The position numbers and the translations under genes are program-made. Positions 16,755 through 25,822 of a stretch of 25,892 nt of DNA are shown piece after piece; the first letter of the stretch is position 1, and each line of letters begins with the position of its first letter. This DNA comes from a virus (taxonomy: Duplodnaviria; Caudoviricetes), in IMG/VR virus record IMGVR_UViG_3300031910_000034, positions 1-25,892 of that record, one strand, 5' to 3'. The notes beneath the pieces are model-generated. The model was not told where the DNA came from. It saw only the letters and a list, made by a program, of their open reading frames with translations, and did no database searches.

Positions 16755-17744
16755 ATGATCCCGGATTTCCGCATCACTGCCGATGGCTCGGATGTCACCG
16801 GCCATATCGCCAAGAACCTCGCCTCGCTGACCCTGACCGACAAGACCGGGATGGAGGCCGACACGGTCGAGATCGTCATCACCGACAAGACCGGCTCGAT
16901 CGCTTTGCCGCGCCGGGGCGTGGTGTTGCGGGTGTCGATGGGCTTCAAGGAATCAGGGCTGATCGACAAGGGAAGCTTCACGGTGGACGAGGTCGGCGAA
17001 GACGGGCCGGTCGATTGCATCACCATCCTGGCGCGGTCGGCGGATTTCCGTTCCAGCCTGAAGAACAGCCGCGACGCCAGCTACAATTCGACCACCCTGG
17101 GCGCGATCCTGAACACCGTGGCCGAGCGCAACGGGCTGACGCCGGCCATCCATGACGATCTGGCCGCCGTGCCCATCATCCATCAGGACCAGACCAACGA
17201 AAGCGACGCCAATCTGGTGACCCGGCTGGCCGACGACTTCGGCGCCATCGCCACTATCAAATCGGGCCGGCTGATCTTCGTGCCCAGCGGCACCTGCCTG
17301 ACCGCCAGCGGCCAGCTGCTGCCGGCGGTGTCGATCAGCCGCAAGGACGGCGACCGCCATTCCTTCCGCGCCACCGACCGCGACGGCACCTATACCGGCG
17401 TCCAGGCCAAGTGGCACGACCTCGGCTCGGCCAGGACCTGCACCGTCCTGGCCGGCAAGGAAGGATCGACCCGCGTCCTGAAGCGCGTCTATCCCGATCA
17501 GGCGACGGCGCAGGCGGCGGCGGACGCGGCCTGGGATCGGCAGAAGAACCACAGCCACAGCATGAACATCTCCCTGGCCCTAGGGCGGCCCGAGATCGGC
17601 GCTTGCAGCCCGTTGAGCCTGTCGGGGTGGCGGAACGAGATCACGGCCCTGTCCTGGCTGACCGACGAAGTCGCCCATAGGCTGGACGGCAGCGGCGGCC
17701 TGACCTCCGATATCCAGGCATCCGAGCGCATGTCCGCCGACTGA
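16755..17744 (+). CDS. gpD: Late control / baseplate hub protein D
   Basis: P.FRITADG.D.T, L.LTD..G.EAD, DKG.F.VDEV, DQTNESD.N..TRLA, YTGVQAKW, L.LGRP. Confidence 0.96.
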   Translation: MIPDFRITADGSDVTGHIAKNLASLTLTDKTGMEADTVEIVITDKTGSIALPRRGVVLRVSMGFKESGLIDKGSFTVDEVGEDGPVDCITILARSADFRSSLKNSRDASYNSTTLGAILNTVAERNGLTPAIHDDLAAVPIIHQDQTNESDANLVTRLADDFGAIATIKSGRLIFVPSGTCLTASGQLLPAVSISRKDGDRHSFRATDRDGTYTGVQAKWHDLGSARTCTVLAGKEGSTRVLKRVYPDQATAQAAADAAWDRQKNHSHSMNISLALGRPEIGACSPLSLSGWRNEITALSWLTDEVAHRLDGSGGLTSDIQASERMSAD

Positions 17745-17750
17745 CCATGA

Positions 17751-17966
17751 TCATGGGTCCGCCGGCAGGAACTGCGCCGGATGCGCCGGGCCAGAAGGCA
17801 TGGCGAAACCCTCGAATTCGTCCGATGAGATGAAACACACCAGCAAGATGGTCAGGACATAAACCGCCATCATCACGCCCAGAAACCGGCCCCTGATGCT
17901 CCCCGCAACGTCGCGGGACAGGCGGGACTCCGCCATCAGAGAGCAAATCTCCCCTTGTAACTCCAT
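17751..17966 (-). CDS. Small hydrophobic protein (61-71 aa, one TM), function unknown
   Basis: TM FLGVMMAVYVLTILLVCFI preceded by basic residues; alternative ATG at 17936; fills the gap between gpD and the repressor. Confidence 0.5.
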   Translation of the reverse strand: MELQGEICSLMAESRLSRDVAGSIRGRFLGVMMAVYVLTILLVCFISSDEFEGFAMPSGPAHPAQFLPADP

Positions 17967-17989
17967 TGCTTACCCCAATAGTTATAGCG

Positions 17990-18094
17990 CCTACCCGGGT
18001 AGGAAGGCGGAGCCCTGAAACGACAGGGTGGGGGTAGCAGCGTTACCCTTGGAAAGAGCCAGTGGCATGGCTCACTCCCCGCCACTTGGGGGAG
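17990..18094. ncRNA. Candidate structured RNA / regulatory leader (unclassified)
   Basis: Palindrome CCTACCCGGGTAGG followed by four consecutive hairpins; see findings. Confidence 0.45.
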
Positions 18095-18133
18095 GCGGCG
18101 GCAAGCTAATACACAACCTATAGAGAAATCAAC

Positions 18134-18604
18134 CTACGAGGATGGAGACCATCCCGTTTGGGATAGCATGGCTCGCGCAACGTCTAGGATGTTACGGACT
18201 TCCGTCCTAATCGCATCATCAGTCATCGTCGCCGCGTCGGGGCGCGAGCGGATCATCTTCACCGCCCGGCTCACCATGCCGGCCAGGATGGAGGCTGGAG
18301 CCTCCAGCCGGGCCGCCTTGTACCAGTCGAGAGTCGCGGCAACGGCGACCTCGTACAGGCGATCCGCCTGGGCCTGCGCATTGTCCTGGCGCAGCATCGA
18401 ACCTTCGCCGGTCAGCAGCCAATGGATGTCTATTCCCATGCCATCAAGGGCGGCAAGAACATCGCTGTTCGGGCGCGTCCCCCCGTCCTCATAGCGTCCC
18501 CAGGTCTGGCGGGTCGAAACGCCGCAGCGGTTCGCCATCACCGTCTCTGACAGTCCCAGATGCTCGCGCGCCAGCCGAAGCCGTTCAGGAAAGCTGTCTG
18601 ACAT
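18134..18604 (-). CDS. Prophage repressor, XRE/Cro-CI HTH (no S24 peptidase domain visible)
   Basis: ERLRLAREHLGLS...MA...GVS..TWGRYE.G...P....L......IDIHWLLTGEG; divergent from the early operon. Confidence 0.92.
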   Translation of the reverse strand: MSDSFPERLRLAREHLGLSETVMANRCGVSTRQTWGRYEDGGTRPNSDVLAALDGMGIDIHWLLTGEGSMLRQDNAQAQADRLYEVAVAATLDWYKAARLEAPASILAGMVSRAVKMIRSRPDAATMTDDAIRTEVRNILDVARAMLSQTGWSPSS

Positions 18605-18701
18605 CTATCGCCACTCCACAAGAAACCCAGCGAAAACAAACAGATATAAAACATATCCACATATAATTGCGACACATGAACCAAAAACAGAACTTTTATC
18701 C

Positions 18702-18733
18702 TTGCAGATGTTTGATTTCTGTAACAACATCTG
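18702..18733 (+). promoter_or_regulatory. Early promoter overlapped by an operator-like inverted repeat
   Basis: TTGCAG-N17-CAACAT (18702-18730); CAGATGTT-N13-AACATCTG (18705-18733) covers both boxes; AT-rich switch region. Confidence 0.6.
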
Positions 18734-18785
18734 GTTCAACAGTACCAATTATAAACGCAAGCGGACGATCCGCACAGGAGTTGCG

Positions 18786-19100
18786 ATGGCACAGTGGGAC
18801 AAAGCGGACATCAAGGCCGCCATCGAAAAGCGGGGCGAGACTCTGTCCAGTCTGGCGATCAGAGCCGAGGCCCAGCGGAAGGCCGATATGGCCCGCCAGG
18901 ACGAGCCCAAAATCCATCCCATGGCCTGCCGCCGCGCCGTGCATGCCCGCAACATGCCGGGCGAACGGATCATCTCCGCCTTCCTTGATATCCCTCTGTG
19001 GGACCTGTGGCCCGACCGCTGGCGCAAGCTGGACGAAACGGACGGGGAGCCCATCCGCATTGATGGCCGCCGCCGCGATAACGGTGAAGACGGACAATAG
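18786..19100 (+). CDS. Ner/Nlp-family transcriptional regulator (Cro equivalent)
   Basis: WDKADIKAAIEKRG.TLS.LA ... GERIISAFL......LWPDRW; AGGAG RBS before ATG 18786. Confidence 0.88.
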   Translation: MAQWDKADIKAAIEKRGETLSSLAIRAEAQRKADMARQDEPKIHPMACRRAVHARNMPGERIISAFLDIPLWDLWPDRWRKLDETDGEPIRIDGRRRDNGEDGQ

Positions 19101-19190
19101 GCGAACCCAGGATCATGGATGCCCCCGCGTCCAATTCCGACCACAGCGCCACATAAACCGACCTCAACGCTCAGAAAAAGAGCATAGGCC

Positions 19191-19658
19191 ATGACATCTG
19201 GACAAAAAATCATCCAAGCGACGGAACGGCAGAGGAACATCCGAATGGAGTTCTCCTCCATCCTGTCCCGTTTCGTCGGCCCCGGACAGCCGGCCACCGC
19301 CGACGATCTGTCCGTCGCCTGCGGCAAGGGTGCCGACACCATCCGTTCCTATCTGCGCGGCCAGTCGGCCCCCGATTGGCCGACCATGCTGCTGATGCTG
19401 CATTTCCTGCCCGTCGAATTCGCCGCCCAGGCCCTGCGCCCCGCCTTCCTGGCCGGCGTCTATCGGGTCGAGGGAGACTGCCCGCCCGGCACCGCTCTGC
19501 GCGAAATCATCGAAGGAGCCGCCTCGCTGGCCGCCGCCTGGGCTGATGGCCGCATCGACCATACCGAATGGCCCGAGGTCGAGAAGGAGCTGACCGAAGC
19601 CCAGGCCGCCATTGCCCAGTTCCTTGCCCAGTTCTCTGCCACGAAAGGGAAAGTCTGA
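19191..19658 (+). CDS. Phage regulatory protein, CII-like (186 family) with N-terminal HTH
   Basis: HTH-like DDLSVACGKGADTIRSYLRG..P; C-terminal AAAWADGRIDHTE; position after the Cro-like gene. Confidence 0.65.
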   Translation: MTSGQKIIQATERQRNIRMEFSSILSRFVGPGQPATADDLSVACGKGADTIRSYLRGQSAPDWPTMLLMLHFLPVEFAAQALRPAFLAGVYRVEGDCPPGTALREIIEGAASLAAAWADGRIDHTEWPEVEKELTEAQAAIAQFLAQFSATKGKV

Positions 19659-19882
19659 TGATCAGCACCACCAGCTGCCCGCATTGCCGCTCCCGCGCCT
19701 TTGTCGTGAAAACCAACAAGCTGACCCAGACTTACCGAGAGGTCACCTATCGATGCAGCAGCATCGAATGCGGCTGCGTCTTCGTCGCCGGCATCGAGGC
19801 GGTGCGCATCATCCGGCCATCCGCCTGCCCTGACCCGTCGATCACTCTGCCCGGACAGGCGCTGATCACTTTAGCCGGCTGA
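19658..19882 (+). CDS. ogr: Ogr/Delta-like zinc-finger late activator
   Basis: CPHC...A...T......RE..Y.C...ECG..FVA......I.PS; TGATG coupling gives start 19658. Confidence 0.93.
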   Translation: MISTTSCPHCRSRAFVVKTNKLTQTYREVTYRCSSIECGCVFVAGIEAVRIIRPSACPDPSITLPGQALITLAG

Positions 19883-19898
19883 AGCCAAAGGGGCCGCC

Positions 19899-19979
19899 AT
19901 GCTGCGCATCACCTCCCTTTACCACGTCATGTCCCGCACCCTTCGCCGCCGCGCCGCCCGGCGCCGGCTTTGGGCCTGA
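19899..19979 (+). CDS. Putative 26-aa Arg-rich peptide
   Basis: AAGGGG RBS; MLRITSLYHVMSRTLRRRAARRRLWA; fills the gap between ogr and the next gene. Confidence 0.4.
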   Translation: MLRITSLYHVMSRTLRRRAARRRLWA

Positions 19980-19993
19980 GAAAGGGAAACATC

Positions 19994-20242
19994 ATGTTGA
20001 GCGAAGATATCAGCGAGGTCGCCGCGATCTTGCAGAGCTATGCCAGCGCCGGAAGCGATTTCAAACCGGACTGCCTGGAATATATCGCTGACCGCCTGAA
20101 CGCCCTGGCCCTGGAGGTCGACCAGCTGCAAGCCAAGACCGAGGGCAGCGACATCCCCGCCGAGGTGATCAAGCTGGCCCAGATCCTGAACCGTCAAGGT
20201 GTCAGCGTCGGCTTTACCCCTGATCAAGAAGGGGGGAACTGA
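19994..20242 (+). CDS. Hypothetical early protein
   Basis: AAGGGA RBS, GC3-biased codons, operon context. Confidence 0.7.
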   Translation: MLSEDISEVAAILQSYASAGSDFKPDCLEYIADRLNALALEVDQLQAKTEGSDIPAEVIKLAQILNRQGVSVGFTPDQEGGN

Positions 20243-20244
20243 TC

Positions 20245-20589
20245 ATGGGCACTATCCCTATCGGCAGCATCGTCGCGGTCATCGACCCGTCCGTCTATGG
20301 CGGCATCATGAAAGAGCTCAGGATGCAGTTCTGCGGCAGAGAATTTATTTGCCGCAGCGCAGCCACAGAAACCATCCTTAAAATGGCGGCCATAGCTTGC
20401 GAACTATCCACCAGAGAATCCATGTCTGGGTCTGTTCGTCTCGGCGATTATTGGAAGACAACAGCTCAAGAAGCCCGCTCACGCCTGATCGATCTGGTAT
20501 CCGGTTCTCCCGCTGAGTTCCGCAGCTTCGTCTCGATCGACGGCGTCGAGATTTCTCCCGTCATCGACGCGACGGCAGGTGACAGATGA
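20245..20589 (+). CDS. Hypothetical early protein
   Basis: GGGGGG RBS; ATGA overlap with the next gene. Confidence 0.65.
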   Translation: MGTIPIGSIVAVIDPSVYGGIMKELRMQFCGREFICRSAATETILKMAAIACELSTRESMSGSVRLGDYWKTTAQEARSRLIDLVSGSPAEFRSFVSIDGVEISPVIDATAGDR

Positions 20590-21407
20590 CCGCCGTATCC
20601 CCGGTTCACCGGCAGTTTGGCTCGAAGGCCAGAACGGCCCCCAAAATCCTGTCTCTGGTCCCTGCTGGGAAGCGGGTCTGGGTCGAGGTCTTCGCCGGCA
20701 GCGCCGCCGTCACTTTGGCGAAGCCCCCGCACCCCGTCGAACATATCAACGACCTGAGCGGTCATGTGATCAACCTGTTCAAGGTTGTCCGGGATCAGGA
20801 CTCTAGCTTGGCCCTGCAAAACGCCATCGCCATGACGCCCTATCATCAGGGAGAACTGGCCCTGTGCCGTAGCGAGATTCGTCATGCAGACCCGGTTGAA
20901 TGGGCTCGGCGGTTCCTGGTGGTTTCCTGGCTTTCGGTCAATGGCTGCCATACCGGAAACACAGGATTTCGCCTGAACCGAGATCAGAAATGGCACTTGG
21001 GCGTTTTCAACCGGCTCCCCGAACGCATCGCGGCAGTCTGCCAGCGGTTGAAGGAAGTCACCATCCATCAGAGGCATTGCCTCGATGTGGTGAAAGTCTT
21101 CGGCGATCTGCCGGACGCAGTGCTGTTCCTCGACCCGCCTTACCCGATGGAAACGACCAACACACAGCGCCAGCAAGTTTACGAGGTGGATATGGATGCC
21201 CAAGAGCATGCGGCGCTGGCCAGCGCTCTGCGCGGTGTCAAAGCGTCGGTCATCATCACCATGAATCCCGGCACCGTTTACAGCGAGATTCTTGCCGACT
21301 GGCATGTCACCCCTCTGCCGGTGCGGGGGCTGCGAAACGCTGTCAAGACCGAACTGATCCTGACGAATTTTGTTCCCGAGGCTGGTCTGTTCGGAGGTGA
21401 AGCATGA
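20586..21407 (+). CDS. DNA adenine methyltransferase (D12/Dam class), orphan
   Basis: GSK, EVFAGSAAV (motif I), INDL, FLDPPY (motif IV), E.IL.NF. Confidence 0.93.
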   Translation: MTAVSPVHRQFGSKARTAPKILSLVPAGKRVWVEVFAGSAAVTLAKPPHPVEHINDLSGHVINLFKVVRDQDSSLALQNAIAMTPYHQGELALCRSEIRHADPVEWARRFLVVSWLSVNGCHTGNTGFRLNRDQKWHLGVFNRLPERIAAVCQRLKEVTIHQRHCLDVVKVFGDLPDAVLFLDPPYPMETTNTQRQQVYEVDMDAQEHAALASALRGVKASVIITMNPGTVYSEILADWHVTPLPVRGLRNAVKTELILTNFVPEAGLFGGEA

Positions 21408-24058
21408 CCACCACCGCAACCATGCGCCCGGATGTCAGGTCCGAGGTGGTGACCGGCCTGAAGCGGCTCTATTCCATGGTGGAAGAGAAAGGCTGGCTGC
21501 GGAAGGGCAAATGCCCGCAATGCGGCGGCAAGGAACTGTTCACCCATGCCGCCAGCCCTTGGGTGGTCAAATGCGGGCGCGAGAACAAGTGCGGCTGGTC
21601 TTCCAGTACCAAGGACTTGTTCCCCGACGCCTTCGGGCGCTTCAACGAGCGTTTCCCGCCGACCACCCAAGACCCCAATGCCACCGCCATCGCCTATCTG
21701 GATTTCGTGCGCGGCTTCGCACCGGCCAAGATCAAGGGATGGTTCCGCCAGGGCCATTTCCGCCATCCGAAGGGCGACCGCGAGACGGCCACGGTGGTCT
21801 TCGACATCGACCGCGGTGCCGGCATCTTCATGGAACGGCTGATCGAGCCTGTCCGCGTCAGGCGGCCCGATGGCGAAATCGAGATCAGGAAGGCCAATTT
21901 CGAGGGCCAGCATAAGGGCCTGTGGTGGGCGCCGCCCGGTCTGAAGATCGCGGACGAGCTTTGGATCGTCGAAGCCTGCATAGACGCCATCGCCCTGACC
22001 CTGGCGGGAGTGCCGGCGGTCGCCAGCCTGTCGGCGGTGAACTTCCCCGAGGTCGAGATCAAGAAGCTCGACCCGATGAAGACCACCCTGGTCTGGGCGC
22101 TGGACAACGACCGTGCCGGCAACGGCTATACCCACAAGCATGCCAAGGCGGCCAAGGCCCTGGGCTTTCAATCCCGCGCCGCCGTGATCCCCCAGAAGGG
22201 CAAGGCCAAGGTGGATTGGAACGATTGCCACCTTGCCGGCGATTTGGAAGAGACGGACATCGAGCGTTACCGCTTTCACGGCGATTTGCTGATGGCGGCG
22301 ACCCCCGCCGAGAAGGGATGCCTGATCTGGCGGCGCACATCATCCACCAGCTTTGCTGTCGAGCATCACGCCCAAACCTATTGGTGGTCGCTGCCCCAGG
22401 AACTGTTCACTAAACAGCTGGAAGAGTTCAAGACCACCGGGCACGCCGCCAGCGACCGGGGTTATGAGTTCGACGCCGCCATGAAGGTCACCAGGGTGGA
22501 CAAGATCGCCAACTGCGCCTTCAAGTTCCTCTATTTCCAGCGGGACATGCAGACCGACGAAAGCTGGTATTACACCCGCATCGACTTTCCCTATGGCCGG
22601 CATGGAGGCCTGAAGAACACCTTCACCGGCCCCCAGATTTCGACATCGAGCGAGTTCAAGAAGCGCCTGTTGTCGATTGCGCCTGGCGCGTTGTTTCAGG
22701 GCAACAGCTTCCAGCTGAACTGGATCATTTCCCGCTATCTCGACGACATCAAGATCGTCGATACCGTGGATTTCATCGGCTATTCCCGCCAGCACCGGGC
22801 CTATATCTTTCCCGACAAGGCGGTGTCGGACGGCGTGATCTACGACATCAACGACGAAGACTTCTTCGAGATCGGCCAGATGTCGGTCAAGTCGCTGAAC
22901 ACCTCTCTGCCGCTGGTGATCGGCAAGGCCTCGGACTATGACGCCAAATGGGTCGAGCATGTCCATGAGGCCTTCGGTCCCAAGGGCATCATCGCCGCCG
23001 CCTTTTTTCTGGGCTCCCTGTTCGCCGAGCAAATCCGCGAACGCCACAAATCCTTTCCCTTTCTGGAGATCGTCGGACAAGCCGGCGCCGGCAAATCCAC
23101 CCTGATCGAGTTCCTGTGGAAGCTGGTGGGCCGGAATGACTACGAGGGTTTCGACCCCAACAAGTCCACCACCGCCGCCCGCGCCCGCATCATGTCGCAG
23201 GTATCGAACCTGCCCATCTGCATGATCGAATCCGACCGTGGCGACGATACCTCGAAGGTCCGCCAGTTCGACTGGGACGAACTGAAGACCGCCTATAACG
23301 GACGCGCCAGCCGGGCGACCGGCGTCAAGAACGGCGGCAACGACACCAAGGAACCACCGTTCCGGGGCTCAATCATCATCAGCCAGAACAATCCGGTGGA
23401 CGCCTCGGAAGCCATCATGTCGCGCATCGTCCATACATTCTTCGACCGCTCACGCCACAATGAGCGGACCAAGATCGCCGCCGACGAACTGGCGGCCATC
23501 CCGGTCGAGAAGGTGTCGAACTTCCTGTTGCAGGCCTGCCGGCGGGAGGCCGACATCCTGGCGCTGTTCCATGAACGCGCCCTGAGCTACGAGGCCCAGT
23601 TGCAGAAGCTGCCCGAGGTCAAGCTGTACCGCATCGGCAAATGCCACGGACAGCTGATGGCCCTGGTGGACGCCCTGGCGATGCTGGTCAATATCAAGCC
23701 GGACATTCGTCAGGAAACCATGACCTGCCTGATGGAGGCCGCCAAGGAACGCCAGCGGTCGATTTCCGCCGATCATCCCCTGGTCGAGGAATTCTGGGAC
23801 ATGGTCGATTTCATCGGCATGGACAAGCTGAACCATTCAGCCAACGACCAGCTGATCGCCATCAACTTCCCGCATCTGATCCGCGAGGCCACCCGGCAGA
23901 ACCAGCAACTGCCGCCGATTTCCGACCTGAAGAAGGTGCTGAAGGGCAGCCTGTCGCGCCCCTTCGTCGAGAGCAACAGGACGGTCAACAGCGTGATCGA
24001 GAAATCATCGGTCAAATGCTGGGTCTTCCGCGCCGAAAAGGGGACCAGCCATGCTTAA
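21404..24058 (+). CDS. Replication protein: Zn-finger + TOPRIM primase + P-loop helicase
   Basis: CPQCGGKELF...CGRENKCG; WIVEACIDA / ALDNDRAG (TOPRIM); DWND; Walker A GQAGAGKST. Confidence 0.92.
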   Translation: MTTTATMRPDVRSEVVTGLKRLYSMVEEKGWLRKGKCPQCGGKELFTHAASPWVVKCGRENKCGWSSSTKDLFPDAFGRFNERFPPTTQDPNATAIAYLDFVRGFAPAKIKGWFRQGHFRHPKGDRETATVVFDIDRGAGIFMERLIEPVRVRRPDGEIEIRKANFEGQHKGLWWAPPGLKIADELWIVEACIDAIALTLAGVPAVASLSAVNFPEVEIKKLDPMKTTLVWALDNDRAGNGYTHKHAKAAKALGFQSRAAVIPQKGKAKVDWNDCHLAGDLEETDIERYRFHGDLLMAATPAEKGCLIWRRTSSTSFAVEHHAQTYWWSLPQELFTKQLEEFKTTGHAASDRGYEFDAAMKVTRVDKIANCAFKFLYFQRDMQTDESWYYTRIDFPYGRHGGLKNTFTGPQISTSSEFKKRLLSIAPGALFQGNSFQLNWIISRYLDDIKIVDTVDFIGYSRQHRAYIFPDKAVSDGVIYDINDEDFFEIGQMSVKSLNTSLPLVIGKASDYDAKWVEHVHEAFGPKGIIAAAFFLGSLFAEQIRERHKSFPFLEIVGQAGAGKSTLIEFLWKLVGRNDYEGFDPNKSTTAARARIMSQVSNLPICMIESDRGDDTSKVRQFDWDELKTAYNGRASRATGVKNGGNDTKEPPFRGSIIISQNNPVDASEAIMSRIVHTFFDRSRHNERTKIAADELAAIPVEKVSNFLLQACRREADILALFHERALSYEAQLQKLPEVKLYRIGKCHGQLMALVDALAMLVNIKPDIRQETMTCLMEAAKERQRSISADHPLVEEFWDMVDFIGMDKLNHSANDQLIAINFPHLIREATRQNQQLPPISDLKKVLKGSLSRPFVESNRTVNSVIEKSSVKCWVFRAEKGTSHA

Positions 24059-24377
24059 CGCCCCGCCGCCCCTGTTCATCGCCCCCGACTCCACGATGGA
24101 GCCGGAATCCGACCCGGTGGTCATTCAGGCCGAAAACCAAGCGAAAGAGGACTATTGGGGCGACGTCGTCAACCGCATCGGAAACGAGGTTCACGACGCA
24201 CGATCCGAGCGGGAGATAGACGACGTCCACCGACGCCACAAGGCCACCATCAACACGATGATCGTCCGCCACCGCCGTATGGCCGAACTACTGTCCTACA
24301 TTTTTCAGGACCACCGCCTGCGGTTCCAAAGGACGGCCTCCGATCAATCCTTCCGCGCAAAGGAATACCGTAAATGA
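24051..24377 (+). CDS. Hypothetical protein
   Basis: Overlaps both neighbours; AGGGGA RBS. Confidence 0.65.
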   Translation: MLNAPPPLFIAPDSTMEPESDPVVIQAENQAKEDYWGDVVNRIGNEVHDARSEREIDDVHRRHKATINTMIVRHRRMAELLSYIFQDHRLRFQRTASDQSFRAKEYRK

Positions 24378-25822
24378 CCTACCTCTTTCCCGATATGTCG
24401 GACGCCTGCGGTCATCAGAGAGATCATAGCCGCGAAATCATCGTAGTCGGCTTCGCCGGAGGTGGCGGCAGTTGCGAAGGCATCAAGCAGGCCTTGGGCC
24501 GTTCTCCCGACGAAGCGCTGAACCACGACCCCGAGGCCGTGGCCATGCATATGGCCAACCATCCAGAAACCCGCCATTGGTGCCAAAACATATGGCTGGC
24601 GCTGCCGTCTGACGTGGCTGCTGGCCGCCCCATCGGGCTGGCATGGTTCAGCCCGGACTGCAAGCATTTCTCCAAAGCCAAGGGCGGCAAGCCGCGTTCG
24701 CGCAATATTCGCGACCTCGCCTGGGTGGTGGTCGGCTATGCCAAGCTGCCTCGCCACATTCGCCCCCGCGTGCTGACGGTCGAAAACGTCGAGGAATTCC
24801 AGACATGGGGTCCGCTGCTGGGTGACGGCCAGCCCTGCCCAGACCGCAAGGGCGAGACATTCAAGAAATGGGTGGGAGAACTGCAACGCCTCGGCTATCG
24901 CGTCGAGTGGCGGGAAATCCGGGCTATGGCCTATGGAACTCCCACCATTCGCAAGCGGCTGTATCTGGTTGCCCGCTGCGATGGTCAGCCCATTGTCTGG
25001 CCTGAGCCGACCCACGGACCCGGCCTTCTATCGTTCACGACCGCCGCCGATATCATCGACTGGAGCCTGAACTGCCCCAGTATTTTTGAGCGCGTCCGCC
25101 CATTGGCCGAGGCCACGATGCGGCGCATCGCCGTCGGCACCATGCGCTACGTGGTCAACGCGGCAGCACCGTTCATCGTGAATGGCTTTCGCGGACAGGA
25201 TATTCGGGAACCTATGCGGACGGTGACGGCTGCGCATGATGCTCATGGGATTGTTGTTCCTCACCTCATGACCATGCGAAACGCTCAGAAGCCGTTCAGC
25301 GCCGGTAATGAGCCGGTACACACGGTTACGGCTGGGGGTGCTCACCTCTATGCGGTGTCGGCCTTCCTCGCCAAGCATAACGGCGGGGTGGTGGGCCACG
25401 GCGTCGAGCAGCCTATGGGTACCGTCACCACGGTTGACCATCATTCCGTGGTGACCGCCCATCTGACCCAGTTCCGACCGAACAGCAAGGGACATCCGGT
25501 CGATGAACCTTTGCGGACGATTATCGCCGGTCAATCCGATCATCACCTTTCGACCGGATGCCAGTTTGGAGTCGTCGCCGCTCACCTGACCCATTTTTAC
25601 AGTTCGGCGGAAGACGGTGGGCAGGGCGATCTACGCTACCCGATCAAGACTGTGACCGGCGGCGGGCAGCATGCCGGGTTGGTGTCTGCCTTCCTGACCA
25701 AATATTTCGGTGCGACCGAGCATGGGCAGGATTGCCGTGATCCGCTGCACACCGTCACCACCAAACCGCGCTTCGGTCTGACCTGCCTCGGCTTTTTCAT
25801 CCAGCCGAAGGTAGAGTCCTGA
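24374..25822 (+). pseudogene. C5 DNA cytosine methyltransferase, C-terminally interrupted by an IS at 25779
   Basis: FAGGGG (I), SPDCKHFS (IV), ENVEEF (VI), RKRLY (VIII) present. Motifs IX/X (R.L...E...QGFP, GNSV) absent; the last ~14 residues are IS-derived. Confidence 0.85.

Noticed and set aside
15797-17155. 452-aa plus-strand ORF
   Set aside because: In-register antisense of the moron that then runs out of frame through gpD; no RBS or domain features
18013-18056. Hammerhead ribozyme core (CTGA...GAAA)
   Set aside because: CTGAAAC does not match CUGANGA and the stems are not arranged as required
18049-18059. TTGGAAAGAGC identical to part of the pV activator site (6217-6227)
   Set aside because: The CCAAC half-site is absent, and 11-mer matches are expected by chance in 26 kb
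18006-18083. Canonical tRNA gene
   Set aside because: Cloverleaf-like, but lacks the TTCRA T-loop, D-loop GG, U33 and correct arm spacing
18678-18693. Alphaproteobacterial LexA box
   Set aside because: GAAC-N8-GAAC, whereas the established motif has N7 spacing
19101-19194. Tiny ORF or frameshifted Ner extension before the CII-like gene
   Set aside because: Several frames are open but none has convincing support or a slippery site
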